From Alphaproteobacteria bacterium (GTDB lineage Bacteria > Pseudomonadota > Alphaproteobacteria > UBA7887), in the NCBI GenBank assembly GCA_965216755.1, contig CBDCGL010000011.1, positions 2,880,001 to 2,944,000 of the forward strand: 64,000 bases of DNA, written 5' to 3'. Position 1 is the first letter of the stretch. Each line of letters opens with the position of its first letter. The position numbers were made by a program, and so were the translations under genes. This document shows, piece by piece, positions 55,430 to 64,000 of the stretch. Under the pieces are notes generated by a model, which had not been told where the DNA came from, did no database searches, and saw only the letters and a list, made by a program, of their open reading frames with translations.

Positions 55430-57327
55430 GATTTGGGATAGCCGATTGTTTTCAGGCTGTCGGCGATCTCGTCCAAAATCGCCGGGTCGTCGATGGTCGC
55501 CGGCATGCGATAGCCCTCGCCATTGGCGATCTTTTGCATGGTGCCGCGCAAGATCTTGCCGGAGCGTGTCTTGGGCAGCCGCTCGACCACGGTCGCGGTC
55601 TTGAATGCCGCCACCGGGCCGATCTTTTGGCGCACCATGGCGACCACCTCGGTAATGATTTCCTCGTGCGGCTTGTTGACGCCCGCTTTCAACACCAACA
55701 GGCCGAGCGGCACCTGGCCCTTGAGCGCGTCGTTCACCCCCATCACCGCGCATTCGGCGACGTCTTGGTGGGCGGCCAGCACCTCTTCCATGCCGCCGGT
55801 GGACAAGCGGTGGCCGGCGACGTTGATGATGTCGTCGGTGCGGGTCATGACGAAGACATAGCCGTCTTCGTCTATGTAACCGGCATCGCCGGTCTGGTAA
55901 TAGCCCGGAAACTCCGTGAGGTAGGACTCGACATAGCCTTGGTCGTTGTGCCACAGGGTGGGCAGGCAGCCCGGCGGCAGCGGCAGCTTGATCGCCAAAG
56001 CGCCGATCTCACCGGGCGCCACCGGGTGGCCGGTTTCATCCAACACATCGAGACGATAGCCGGGCGACGGCTTGGTCGACGAGCCGGCTTTTTCCGGCAG
56101 CAACCCAAGGCCGACAAAGTTGGCCGCGATCGCCCATGAGGTTTCGGTCTGCCACCAATGGTCGACCACCGGCCGCTGCAAATGCGCCTCCGCCCAGGCA
56201 AGGGTATCCGGATCGAGCCGCTCGCCAGCCAGGAACAAGGTGCGGAAAGCGCTCAAATCATAGCCGGCCAACAATTTCGCTTCGGGGTCGTCGCGGCGAA
56301 TGGCGCGAAACGCGGTCGGCGCGGTGAACAGCACGTTCACTTTGTGCTCTGCCAGCACCCGCCAAAACGCGCCGGCATCCGGTGTGCCGACCGGCTTGCC
56401 CTCATACAAAATCGTCGTGCACCCATGAATAAGCGGCGCATAAACGATGTAGGAATGGCCGACCACCCAGCCGACGTCGGACGCCGCCCAATAGACATCG
56501 CCGGGCGCGACGCCGTAGATATTGGTCATGGTCCAATTGAGCGCGACCATATGGCCGCCATGGTCGCGGACCACGCCCTTCGGGATACCCGTGGTGCCCG
56601 AGGTATACAGGATATAGAGCGGATCGGTGGCGGCGACGGGCACGCAGGCTTGTGGCTGGGCGTCGGCGATCGCGTCGACCCAGCTGACATCGCGGCCCGG
56701 CAGCAGCGCCGCCTCGGCCATCGGCCGCTGCGCAATGATGCAATGCGCCGGCTTGTGGTCGGCGATGTCGATCGCTTCATCGAGCAAGGGCTTGTATTCG
56801 ACGATCCGCCCCGGCTCGATGCCACAGCTGCCGGCGACAATGACCACCGGCTTGGCATCGTCGATGCGGGTTGCCAATTCGCGCGCGGCGAAACCGCCGA
56901 ACACCACCGAATGCACCGCGCCAATGCGCGCACAGGCGAACATGGCGATCAGCGCCTCTGGCACCATCGGCATATAGATCAGCACACGATCGCCCTTGCC
57001 AACGCCATGCCTGACCAGGGCGCCAGCAAAGGTAGCGACGTGGTCACGCAATTCGCGGTAGGTGAAGCTCTGCTTGGTGTCGGTAACCGGGCTGTCGTAG
57101 ATCAGTGCCGCTTGGTCGCCACGGCCCAAATCGTCCACGTGGCGGTCGAGCGCGTTATAACACGTGTTGGTCACACCACCCATGAACCAGCGGTAAAAGG
57201 GCGGGTTCGAATCGTCCAGAACCTTGTCCCACGGCTTGAACCAATGCAGTTGGTTGGCAGCTTCGGCCCAAAAGCCCTGTGGGTCTTCTGCCGCGCGGGC
57301 ATAGGTTTCCTGATAGCGGCTGGTCAT
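55426..57327 (-). CDS. prpE: Propionyl-CoA synthetase (acetate/propionate-CoA ligase)
   Basis: YILYTSGTTGIPKG, SDVGWVVGHSY, DHWWQTET, PKTRSGKILR. Confidence 0.9.
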   Translation of the reverse strand: MTSRYQETYARAAEDPQGFWAEAANQLHWFKPWDKVLDDSNPPFYRWFMGGVTNTCYNALDRHVDDLGRGDQAALIYDSPVTDTKQSFTYRELRDHVATFAGALVRHGVGKGDRVLIYMPMVPEALIAMFACARIGAVHSVVFGGFAARELATRIDDAKPVVIVAGSCGIEPGRIVEYKPLLDEAIDIADHKPAHCIIAQRPMAEAALLPGRDVSWVDAIADAQPQACVPVAATDPLYILYTSGTTGIPKGVVRDHGGHMVALNWTMTNIYGVAPGDVYWAASDVGWVVGHSYIVYAPLIHGCTTILYEGKPVGTPDAGAFWRVLAEHKVNVLFTAPTAFRAIRRDDPEAKLLAGYDLSAFRTLFLAGERLDPDTLAWAEAHLQRPVVDHWWQTETSWAIAANFVGLGLLPEKAGSSTKPSPGYRLDVLDETGHPVAPGEIGALAIKLPLPPGCLPTLWHNDQGYVESYLTEFPGYYQTGDAGYIDEDGYVFVMTRTDDIINVAGHRLSTGGMEEVLAAHQDVAECAVMGVNDALKGQVPLGLLVLKAGVNKPHEEIITEVVAMVRQKIGPVAAFKTATVVERLPKTRSGKILRGTMQKIANGEGYRMPATIDDPAILDEIADSLKTIGYPKS

Positions 57328-57391
57328 CGTCGGCGCCCTCCCGTTTGTGAACGGCAGTTTGCGCCAATCGCGCCCGCTTTTGAAGCGGGCC

Positions 57392-57427
57392 AAAAACAAA
57401 AGCGCCCGGTGTCACCACCGAGCGCTT
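57392..57427 (-). terminator. Rho-independent terminator downstream of yccA
   Basis: Minus strand AAGCGCTCGGTG-GTGA-CACCGGGCGCTT followed by TTGTTTTT. Confidence 0.75.
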
Positions 57428-57453
57428 GGGGCTTGTTCGACTGCGGCGCGCGC

Positions 57454-58164
57454 TTATTCGCGATTGCCCATCAAGTGCAGCAGAAACATGAACAGGTTAA
57501 GCAGATCCAGATACAGGGTCAATGCACCCATGATCGCCTTTTTCTCGGCGACTTGCGCGCCGTCCGCCGATTGATACATCAGCTTTAGCTTTTGCGTGTC
57601 ATAAGCGGTGAGACCGGTGAAGATCAGCACGCCAATGATCGAGATCGCGAAGTCCAGCGCCGAGGAAGCCATGAAGATATTGACCACCATGGCGATGATC
57701 AGGCCGATCAGGCCGACGATCAAAAACTGGCCGATCGACTGCAGCGAGCGTTGGGTGGTGTAGCCGTACAAGCTCATGGCGCCGAACACGGCGGCGGCCA
57801 AGAAGAACGCCCGCGCGATACTGGCGCCGGTGTAGATATGGAAGATCGAGGCCATCGACAGGCCCATGACCCCGGCGAAGGCCCAAAACAGCAACTGCGA
57901 GGCGCCAACGCTCAGTTTCTGGATGCCGAAGCTCAGCACCAAAATGAAACCCAGCGGCGCCAACGCGACAACCCAACGTAGGCCGCTGCCGTAAATGGTC
58001 GCCATGGCGGTATCGGACGACGCCACGGCGAACGCCACCACCCCGGTCAGGCCCATGGCGAGAGCCATGTAGTTATAGATCTTCAGCATATAGGCGCGCA
58101 GACCGGCATCGACGTCGGCACGCACACCGGTTGGTTGAATAACGCGTTCGCGCTCAAAGGCCAT
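57454..58164 (-). CDS. yccA: Bax inhibitor-1/YccA family membrane protein
   Basis: DAGLRAYMLKIYNYM, LTAYDTQKLK, GALTLYLD. Confidence 0.92.
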   Translation of the reverse strand: MAFERERVIQPTGVRADVDAGLRAYMLKIYNYMALAMGLTGVVAFAVASSDTAMATIYGSGLRWVVALAPLGFILVLSFGIQKLSVGASQLLFWAFAGVMGLSMASIFHIYTGASIARAFFLAAAVFGAMSLYGYTTQRSLQSIGQFLIVGLIGLIIAMVVNIFMASSALDFAISIIGVLIFTGLTAYDTQKLKLMYQSADGAQVAEKKAIMGALTLYLDLLNLFMFLLHLMGNRE

Positions 58165-58208
58165 CGGAAGCAATCCTCACATTCTGGGAATTCAGACCTA
58201 TGGGGTCT

Positions 58209-58237
58209 TATATGGTCGGTGGGCCGGTGACATCAAG
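58209..58237 (-). promoter_or_regulatory. Putative RpoH (sigma32)-type promoter for yccA
   Basis: Minus strand CTTG-N18-CCATATA, close to the alphaproteobacterial heat-shock consensus. Confidence 0.5.
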
Positions 58238-58343
58238 GCAAATGTCGCCCAACCGGCCAATGAAAAGCCCCCCTCAAAACCAAGGTTTCGGCCATTCTCG
58301 GCACTATTATCCGCGGTTCGCGCGGTATCGTCCATAGCAGCGG

Positions 58344-60854
58344 TTACAGCCCCCGTAATACCGCCATGGGCTTGCGCGTTAGCGCCCGCCAGGTGCCCAA
58401 GAAACCGACCAGCATTGTCAGACCGATGCCCAGCACGACGGTCGCCAACGCCTCGCGCGCCGTAAACACCCATGTCTCCTCCATAACGAAGGTGATGAAC
58501 GCCCAGGAGCCGCCAACACCGAGGGCCAGCGCGACCGCGCCGACCAAGACACCGAGCACGGCGAATTCAACCAGATAGTCACGCGCGATCTGGGCACGCG
58601 TCGCGCCCAGCACCTTGAATATCACCGCGTCGTATATGCGCCGGCGCCGATCGGCGGCCAACGCGCCACCCAGCACCAGGATACCGGCCAACACTGTGAC
58701 CCCGGCGGCGGCGCGCACGGCATCGGCGACCATTTCCACAACGCCGGCGACACTTTTCAGCAGGTCACGCACCGGAATCGCCGAAACATTGCTGAAGCCG
58801 TCGCCAATGGCGGCAACCAAGGGCACTTCCGCGGCGGGCGTCGCCTCGGCCGTGGCGACATGCGCATAGGGTGCGCCATCGAGCACGCCGGGGGACAAAA
58901 TGGCCAGAAAATTGATCCCCATTTCGCCCCAATCGATCCGCCGCAAGCTGGCGATTTCGGCGTCGATGGGTCGCCCCAACACGCTGAAGGTGATGCGATC
59001 GCCGACGGCCAAGCCCATGCCGGCGGCGCCTTCCTCACTGAACGAAACCAAGGGCGGACCATCATAGTCCGTGGGCCACCAATCGCCCGCGACCAGGCGC
59101 GCGCGTGGCGGTGGCGTCGCGGCAAAGGTCAGCCCGATATCGCCGCGCAGCATCCAACGCACGCCCGGGTCGACCGCGTCGACCGCCGCCGGGGCGCCGT
59201 TCAACGCCGTGACCCGACCGCGCAACATCGGCACCTGCTCGACCTTGCCGACGCCGTCGACGGCGCGTGCAATATTCATAAACTCGTCGATCTGGTCGCG
59301 TTGAATGTCGATGAAAAAGAACGCCGGGGCTTGGTCCGGCAACCGTTCGGTCAGGGTCCGCGCCAGATTGGCCTCGACCAGCGCGATCGCGACCAAAACG
59401 GTCAGGCCAACGCCGAGCGACGGCATGATTGTCGCCAGCGGACCGCCGGGACGGGCGAACCCGGCGACCACCCGCGACAAGGCCTTGCGGCGGTGGCGTA
59501 CCCGCCGGGCACCGCGACCCGTGGCCCACGCCACGGCGCGCAGGCACCCGAGCGAGACCACGATCGCCGCGACAAACCAAAGCGCCGCGACCGGGTCATT
59601 GGCGGTATCGATGGCGAGGGCAATGAGCGCGGCCAGCGCGACCCCGATCAGCACCAGCATCGGCCAGCGCGGGCGCGCCCGGTCGGTGGCCACCGGCCCC
59701 CGGAACAAGGTGGCCGCGCGTGTTTCACACGCCCGCGCCACCGGCCAAATAGTGAATACCAATGCGGTCAACAAGCCGAACGCCAAACCGCGCAAAACGG
59801 GCCCGGGGTAAATGCCGAACACCGGCTCGACCGGCAGCCGCGCGGCGACAAACGGCGCCAGGGCGATCGGCGCCAACGCGCCGATGGTGGCGCCCAAGAA
59901 ACATCCGACCGCCGCCACGATGGCGACCTGGATCAGATAGGCCCGAAATATCACCCGCCGGCTGGCACCAAGGCTCTTGAGAATGGCGATGGTCCGCGTA
60001 CGATCTTCCAAATGGGCGCGCACCGCCCCCGCGACGCCGATGCCGCCAACGATCAGGGCGGCCAAACCGACCAGCATCAAATACATGGTCAGGCGACTGA
60101 CGAAGCGCTGGAAACCGGGTTGGGCATTGCGGCTGTCGCGGATGCGCCATTCGGCCTCTGGAAATGTCGCGGTGACGTCTTCAACCCAGGCCGCCAAATC
60201 GGCGCCATCATTCAGCAAGACCCGGGCATAATAGCGAATCAGACTGCCCGGCTGGATCAGGCCGGTCGACTCCAAATCATCGCGGGCAATCATTAGGCGC
60301 GGGCCGAAGCTGAACGCGGTCGCAAGCCGGTCCGGTTCGCGTTCGATGACCGCGCGCACCACAAGGACGCGGTCGCCGACATCGATGCGGTCGCCGACGT
60401 CCAGATTCAGGCGGGTCAGCAGCGCCTGTTCGGCAACCGCGCCGCCGTCGGCCAGCGCGTCGGCGAGCGGCATGGCCGGCGCCAAGACCATGTTGCCGAC
60501 CAACGGGTAGAGCGAATCGACCGCTTTCAGCTCGGCCAGAACGCGCCGGTCGCCACCGCCACCGGATACCATGGTGCGCATGTGCGTGGTTTCGCTGACC
60601 GCCGCCACACGATCGCGCACCCATTCAAGACGCGCCGCCTCGATCGGCGCGTGGGTACGGCGCAGCTCGACATCGCCACCGAGCAAGGCGAGCGCGTCGG
60701 CGCGGAGGCCCTGCATCACCGACTCCGACACGGCGCCGACACCGGCAATCGCCGCCACGCCCAAGGCCAGGCAAGACAGTAAAACCGGCAAGGCGCGGAA
60801 ACCGCCGCGTAGCTCGCGCAGGGCGATGCGTGTGGCGATGGTCCAATCAGCCAT
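58344..60854 (-). CDS. ybbP: ABC transporter permease (YbbP/FtsX family)
   Basis: LLGGD, ELKAVDSLYPLVG, IAILKSLGA, APAFFFIDIQ, KVLGATR. Confidence 0.9.
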   Translation of the reverse strand: MADWTIATRIALRELRGGFRALPVLLSCLALGVAAIAGVGAVSESVMQGLRADALALLGGDVELRRTHAPIEAARLEWVRDRVAAVSETTHMRTMVSGGGGDRRVLAELKAVDSLYPLVGNMVLAPAMPLADALADGGAVAEQALLTRLNLDVGDRIDVGDRVLVVRAVIEREPDRLATAFSFGPRLMIARDDLESTGLIQPGSLIRYYARVLLNDGADLAAWVEDVTATFPEAEWRIRDSRNAQPGFQRFVSRLTMYLMLVGLAALIVGGIGVAGAVRAHLEDRTRTIAILKSLGASRRVIFRAYLIQVAIVAAVGCFLGATIGALAPIALAPFVAARLPVEPVFGIYPGPVLRGLAFGLLTALVFTIWPVARACETRAATLFRGPVATDRARPRWPMLVLIGVALAALIALAIDTANDPVAALWFVAAIVVSLGCLRAVAWATGRGARRVRHRRKALSRVVAGFARPGGPLATIMPSLGVGLTVLVAIALVEANLARTLTERLPDQAPAFFFIDIQRDQIDEFMNIARAVDGVGKVEQVPMLRGRVTALNGAPAAVDAVDPGVRWMLRGDIGLTFAATPPPRARLVAGDWWPTDYDGPPLVSFSEEGAAGMGLAVGDRITFSVLGRPIDAEIASLRRIDWGEMGINFLAILSPGVLDGAPYAHVATAEATPAAEVPLVAAIGDGFSNVSAIPVRDLLKSVAGVVEMVADAVRAAAGVTVLAGILVLGGALAADRRRRIYDAVIFKVLGATRAQIARDYLVEFAVLGVLVGAVALALGVGGSWAFITFVMEETWVFTAREALATVVLGIGLTMLVGFLGTWRALTRKPMAVLRGL

Positions 60855-61518
60855 CGACACCCTCGGCCAGACGGCCGTCGACCATGCGCACGACCCGATC
60901 GCAGCGGTCAACCACCGCCGGATCGTGGGTGATGATCAGCAACGTGCCGCCACCGGCATCGTGTAACGCGAACAATGTGTCCAGAACTTGGGCGCCGGTC
61001 GCCTGGTCCAAATTGCCGGTCGGCTCGTCGGCCAGCAGCAGGGCCGGTTGGGCGACCACCGCGCGCGCCAAGGCGACCCGCTGTTGTTCGCCGCCTGACA
61101 ATTGCGCCGGATAGTGTTCGGCGCGACCGTCCAGCCCCACGGCCGTCAACGCCGTCGTTGCCGCATCGTGCGCGTCGGCGCGCCCGGCCAGCTCAAGCGG
61201 GGTCGCGACATTGTCGCGCGCGGTCATGGTCGGGATCAGGTGAAAGGCCTGAAAAACGATACCGATTTTGTCGCGGCGAAACCTGGCGAGCTGATCTTCG
61301 TCCATGGCCGTCAGATCTTGGTCCGCGACCCGGACCGCACCGCGGGTCGGCCGCTCCAGGCCGGCAGTCACCGCCATCAGCGTCGACTTGCCCGACCCCG
61401 ACGGACCGACCACGCCCAGGCTTTGGCCTGCCGGGACCTGTAAATCGATACCGCGCAGCACCGGCACGGCACCGGCGGCACTGCCAAAGGTCAAGTGAAT
61501 GTCGTCTAGATCGATCAT
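60847..61518 (-). CDS. ybbA: ABC transporter ATP-binding protein (YbbA/LolD-like)
   Basis: GPSGSGKST, LSGGEQQR, ADEPTGNLD. Confidence 0.93.
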   Translation of the reverse strand: MIDLDDIHLTFGSAAGAVPVLRGIDLQVPAGQSLGVVGPSGSGKSTLMAVTAGLERPTRGAVRVADQDLTAMDEDQLARFRRDKIGIVFQAFHLIPTMTARDNVATPLELAGRADAHDAATTALTAVGLDGRAEHYPAQLSGGEQQRVALARAVVAQPALLLADEPTGNLDQATGAQVLDTLFALHDAGGGTLLIITHDPAVVDRCDRVVRMVDGRLAEGVDG

Positions 61519-61585
61519 CGAATATGCCGACTTTGTGGCGAGCGCGGGGCTGGACGCATTGGGCGTGGATCCCTATTCATGGGCT

Positions 61586-62275
61586 ATGTGGAGTTCTTAC
61601 GCAGCGCGACAAGCGGCGATCGCAGGGCGCGCCGCGACAAAGCGGTTTGTACACGCGCTATTGGTCGCCGCGGCCCTCGTCGCCGGGCTAGATGCCCGTG
61701 CCGATGACGGCCCGCGCATTGCCGTGTTGGGTGACAGCCTGACCGCCGGCTTCGGCCTGCTGGCCGAGCAAGCCTTTCCCGCGCTGTTGGAAGCACGCCT
61801 AAGAGAGGACGGCATTGCCGCAACCGTGTTGAACGCCGGCGTTTCGGGGGATACCACCGCCGGCGGTCTGGCCCGGCTTGACTGGGTGCTGGGGGACGAT
61901 GCGACCGCCGCGCCGGGTTACGTAATCGTGGCGTTGGGCGCCAACGACGCTTTGCGCGGCCTCGACCCCGACGCGGCGTACCAGAACCTCGCCGCCATCA
62001 TCGAGGAATTGCAGCGGCGCGGCATAGAAATCCTGCTGGCCGGCATGCGCGCGCCAGCCAGTATGGGCGCGGACTACGAAAACGCCTTCGTGGCGATCTT
62101 CCCGCGCTTGGCGCAGGCCTATGACGTGGCGCTGTATCCCTTTTTTCTCGATGGCGTCGCCACCGACCCGTCGCTCAACCAGGCCGATGGCATTCATCCC
62201 AACGAACTTGGCGTGACGATCATGGTCGACCGGATCCTGCCAACGGTCCGGGATTGGCTTGCCGCGCGCAACTGA
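61586..62275 (+). CDS. tesA: Arylesterase/acyl-CoA thioesterase I (SGNH family); start uncertain
   Basis: GDSL, NAGVSGDTT, LGAND, DGIHPN; divergent from ybbA as in the conserved locus. Confidence 0.9.
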   Translation: MWSSYAARQAAIAGRAATKRFVHALLVAAALVAGLDARADDGPRIAVLGDSLTAGFGLLAEQAFPALLEARLREDGIAATVLNAGVSGDTTAGGLARLDWVLGDDATAAPGYVIVALGANDALRGLDPDAAYQNLAAIIEELQRRGIEILLAGMRAPASMGADYENAFVAIFPRLAQAYDVALYPFFLDGVATDPSLNQADGIHPNELGVTIMVDRILPTVRDWLAARN

Positions 62276-62277
62276 TC

Positions 62278-62670
62278 TCACGGACCATCGCCGCGCCGTT
62301 CGATGGCGTCCATATCATCGTCGGAAAAGCCGAAATGGTGACCAATTTCGTGGATCAGCACGTGGCGGACGATCGCGTCGAGCGACTCATTGGTCTCGCA
62401 CCAATGATCCAAAATCGGCCGCCGATAGAGTGTGATCACATCGGGCCCGTCGCGGACATCGCCGACACTGCGTTCGGTCAACGCGACGCCATCATACAAA
62501 CCGAGCAAATCAAAGGGCGATTCGAGTCCCATATCGCGCTGCACCTGTTCGTCGGGGAACTCTTCGATGCGGATGACAACATCGCCGACATGGCCGCGCA
62601 ATGGCGCCGGAATCGTCGCCAGCGCCCGGTCGGCCATCTGTGCAATGTCGTTTGTTGATGGCGGATACAT
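62278..62670 (-). CDS. Zincin-like metallopeptidase family protein
   Basis: LLGLYDG, ITLYRRPI, HEIGHHFG. Confidence 0.88.
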   Translation of the reverse strand: MYPPSTNDIAQMADRALATIPAPLRGHVGDVVIRIEEFPDEQVQRDMGLESPFDLLGLYDGVALTERSVGDVRDGPDVITLYRRPILDHWCETNESLDAIVRHVLIHEIGHHFGFSDDDMDAIERRGDGP

Positions 62671-62707
62671 GGTGTGTACCACGCAAACATCCTATATTTG
62701 GGCGGTC

Positions 62708-63007
62708 ATGGTCAAAAAACTCACCGATGTGGAATTCGGCACGGCGTTGCGGTCATTGGCCGGTTGGGCGCCTGTCGCCGACCGCCACGCGATGACCAAG
62801 TCCTTCGTCTTCAACGATTTCAGCCAAGCGTTCGCCTGGATGGCGCGAGTCGCCTTGTTGGCCGAACGCATGGACCATCACCCGGAATGGTTCAATGTCT
62901 ACAATCGGGTTGATGTGACCCTGGCGACGCATGATGCCGGCGGCGTCAGCAGCCGTGATGTCGCCATGGCCGAGGCGATGGACGGCTACGCGGCGGGCGC
63001 ATCGTGA
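62708..63007 (+). CDS. phhB: Pterin-4-alpha-carbinolamine dehydratase
   Basis: DHHPEWFNVYNRV, THDAGG. Confidence 0.93.
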   Translation: MVKKLTDVEFGTALRSLAGWAPVADRHAMTKSFVFNDFSQAFAWMARVALLAERMDHHPEWFNVYNRVDVTLATHDAGGVSSRDVAMAEAMDGYAAGAS

Positions 63008-63369
63008 CCGATTTCGACCGCTGGTATTCGCGCTGGCGCGGCCGCCTGAGGGCAGTCGACGGCCGCACGCTGTTGCGAAAAGTGAAGGCGTTCGGCGCCA
63101 AAATTCCGTTCATCGAAGACGTTTTGGCTGCCTGGTACTGCGCGTTGGACCCGGCGACGCCAGCGCGGGTCAAAGCCGTTCTGATGGCTGCGATCGCCTA
63201 CTTCGTGCTGCCCGCCGATATGGTGCCCGACGTTGTGGTCGGGCTCGGCTTTACCGACGACGCCGCAGTGATGGCGGCCGCGATCACCGCGGTCAGCCGC
63301 CATATTCGGCCACGCCATCGACAGGCCGCGCGCGCTACCCTGCGAAATACCGTCCCAAATGCCCAATAA
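63004..63369 (+). CDS. YkvA/DUF1232 family protein
   Basis: IPFIED, AYFVLPADMVPD, GFTDDA. Confidence 0.88.
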   Translation: MTDFDRWYSRWRGRLRAVDGRTLLRKVKAFGAKIPFIEDVLAAWYCALDPATPARVKAVLMAAIAYFVLPADMVPDVVVGLGFTDDAAVMAAAITAVSRHIRPRHRQAARATLRNTVPNAQ

Positions 63370-63871
63370 GGCGCGCGGGCCCGCTGGGGCCGTGCGCCGG
63401 CCAGGCCTGATCGCGGGTCTGACCGAGGTGCCGACGCCGGCACTGATTTTGGGTCTGGCCGGACTGGCGCCGTTTCTATTGGGCGCCGGCGCCATGGCGC
63501 TCGGCAGTCCGACCGTGGTGGTCAACGCGTATCTGCATTTGTTGCGCTATGCGGCGATCATCCTGACCTATATCGGTGCGGTCCATTGGGGCTTGGCGGT
63601 CGCCGCCGGTGAAACCCGCTGGTGGTGGTACGCGGTTAGCATCCTACCGGCGCTGGTCGCATGGCTGGTGGTCAGCGTCGCCGGCCCGGTCTTTCAGTTC
63701 GGTGTGATGGCCATCGCCTATTTCGTCGTATTCATGGTCGATTTGCGCGCGGTCGAAGCCGGCTTGGCGCCGCGCTGGTATGCGAATCTGCGTAAGTTTC
63801 TGACCATCGCGGTGCTGCTGTGCTTCGGCGTGGTGCTGTGGGCGGTAACCCGATCCGCCAGCGGCGCCTAG
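63359..63871 (+). CDS. DUF3429 family membrane protein
   Basis: LGLAGLAPF, YAAIILTYIGAVHWG, PRWYANLR. Confidence 0.85.
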   Translation: MPNKARGPAGAVRRPGLIAGLTEVPTPALILGLAGLAPFLLGAGAMALGSPTVVVNAYLHLLRYAAIILTYIGAVHWGLAVAAGETRWWWYAVSILPALVAWLVVSVAGPVFQFGVMAIAYFVVFMVDLRAVEAGLAPRWYANLRKFLTIAVLLCFGVVLWAVTRSASGA

Positions 63872-64000
63872 GCGCGTGGCGGCATCACCACAACTAGAAC
63901 CTGAAAATTATCCAGAATAGGCCCTGACGATCGTGCCTCGCACGATCTATATCGAAAAATAATAGTTCTTTCGCGTAGGTCCGATCGTCATGCGTGTTCT

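Noticed and set aside
63919-63947. Short hairpin GATCGTGC-CTC-GCACGATC near the window end
   Set aside because: Too short and context truncated; no U-tract and no second copy seen.

Overview
A 64 kb, GC-rich (roughly 60-65% by eye) chromosomal segment of an alphaproteobacterium, probably Rhodospirillales-like. The taxonomy is inferred from gene content, a CtrA box and an RpoH-type promoter. It holds about 60 CDS, one tRNA-Arg(CCT), no rRNA, no CRISPR array and no intact transposase or integrase. Main blocks: (1) a copper locus at 5.9-13.1 kb, with a divergent OmpR/histidine kinase pair, a Tat-exported type-C two-domain multicopper oxidase, a porin-like outer membrane protein, CusF-like, Met/His-rich and SHOCT proteins, and a PCuAC fused to an apparently circularly permuted CusF; no efflux pump lies in the locus. 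(2) A 2-oxoacid:acceptor oxidoreductase operon with a GltD-like/delta fusion (18.9-23.5 kb). It runs into a B12 methyl-transfer cluster (23.5-31.0 kb): CblC/QueG-like 4Fe-4S protein, corrinoid protein, two UroD/MtaA-family methyltransferases, DUF1638, RamA/RACo-type activator and a Bmt-like homocysteine methyltransferase. This cluster has no MttB-type or folate-binding partner and is the best candidate for an undescribed system. (3) A long minus-strand beta-oxidation/lipid run (38.7-52.6 kb) including an acyltransferase-esterase fusion. (4) A GMC oxidoreductase pair, then tRNA-Arg flanked on both sides by related AT-rich palindromic REPIN/MITE-like elements. (5) Housekeeping genes (prpE, yccA, ybbAP-tesA, phhB). 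All functional calls come from motif recognition by eye; no database searches were run.
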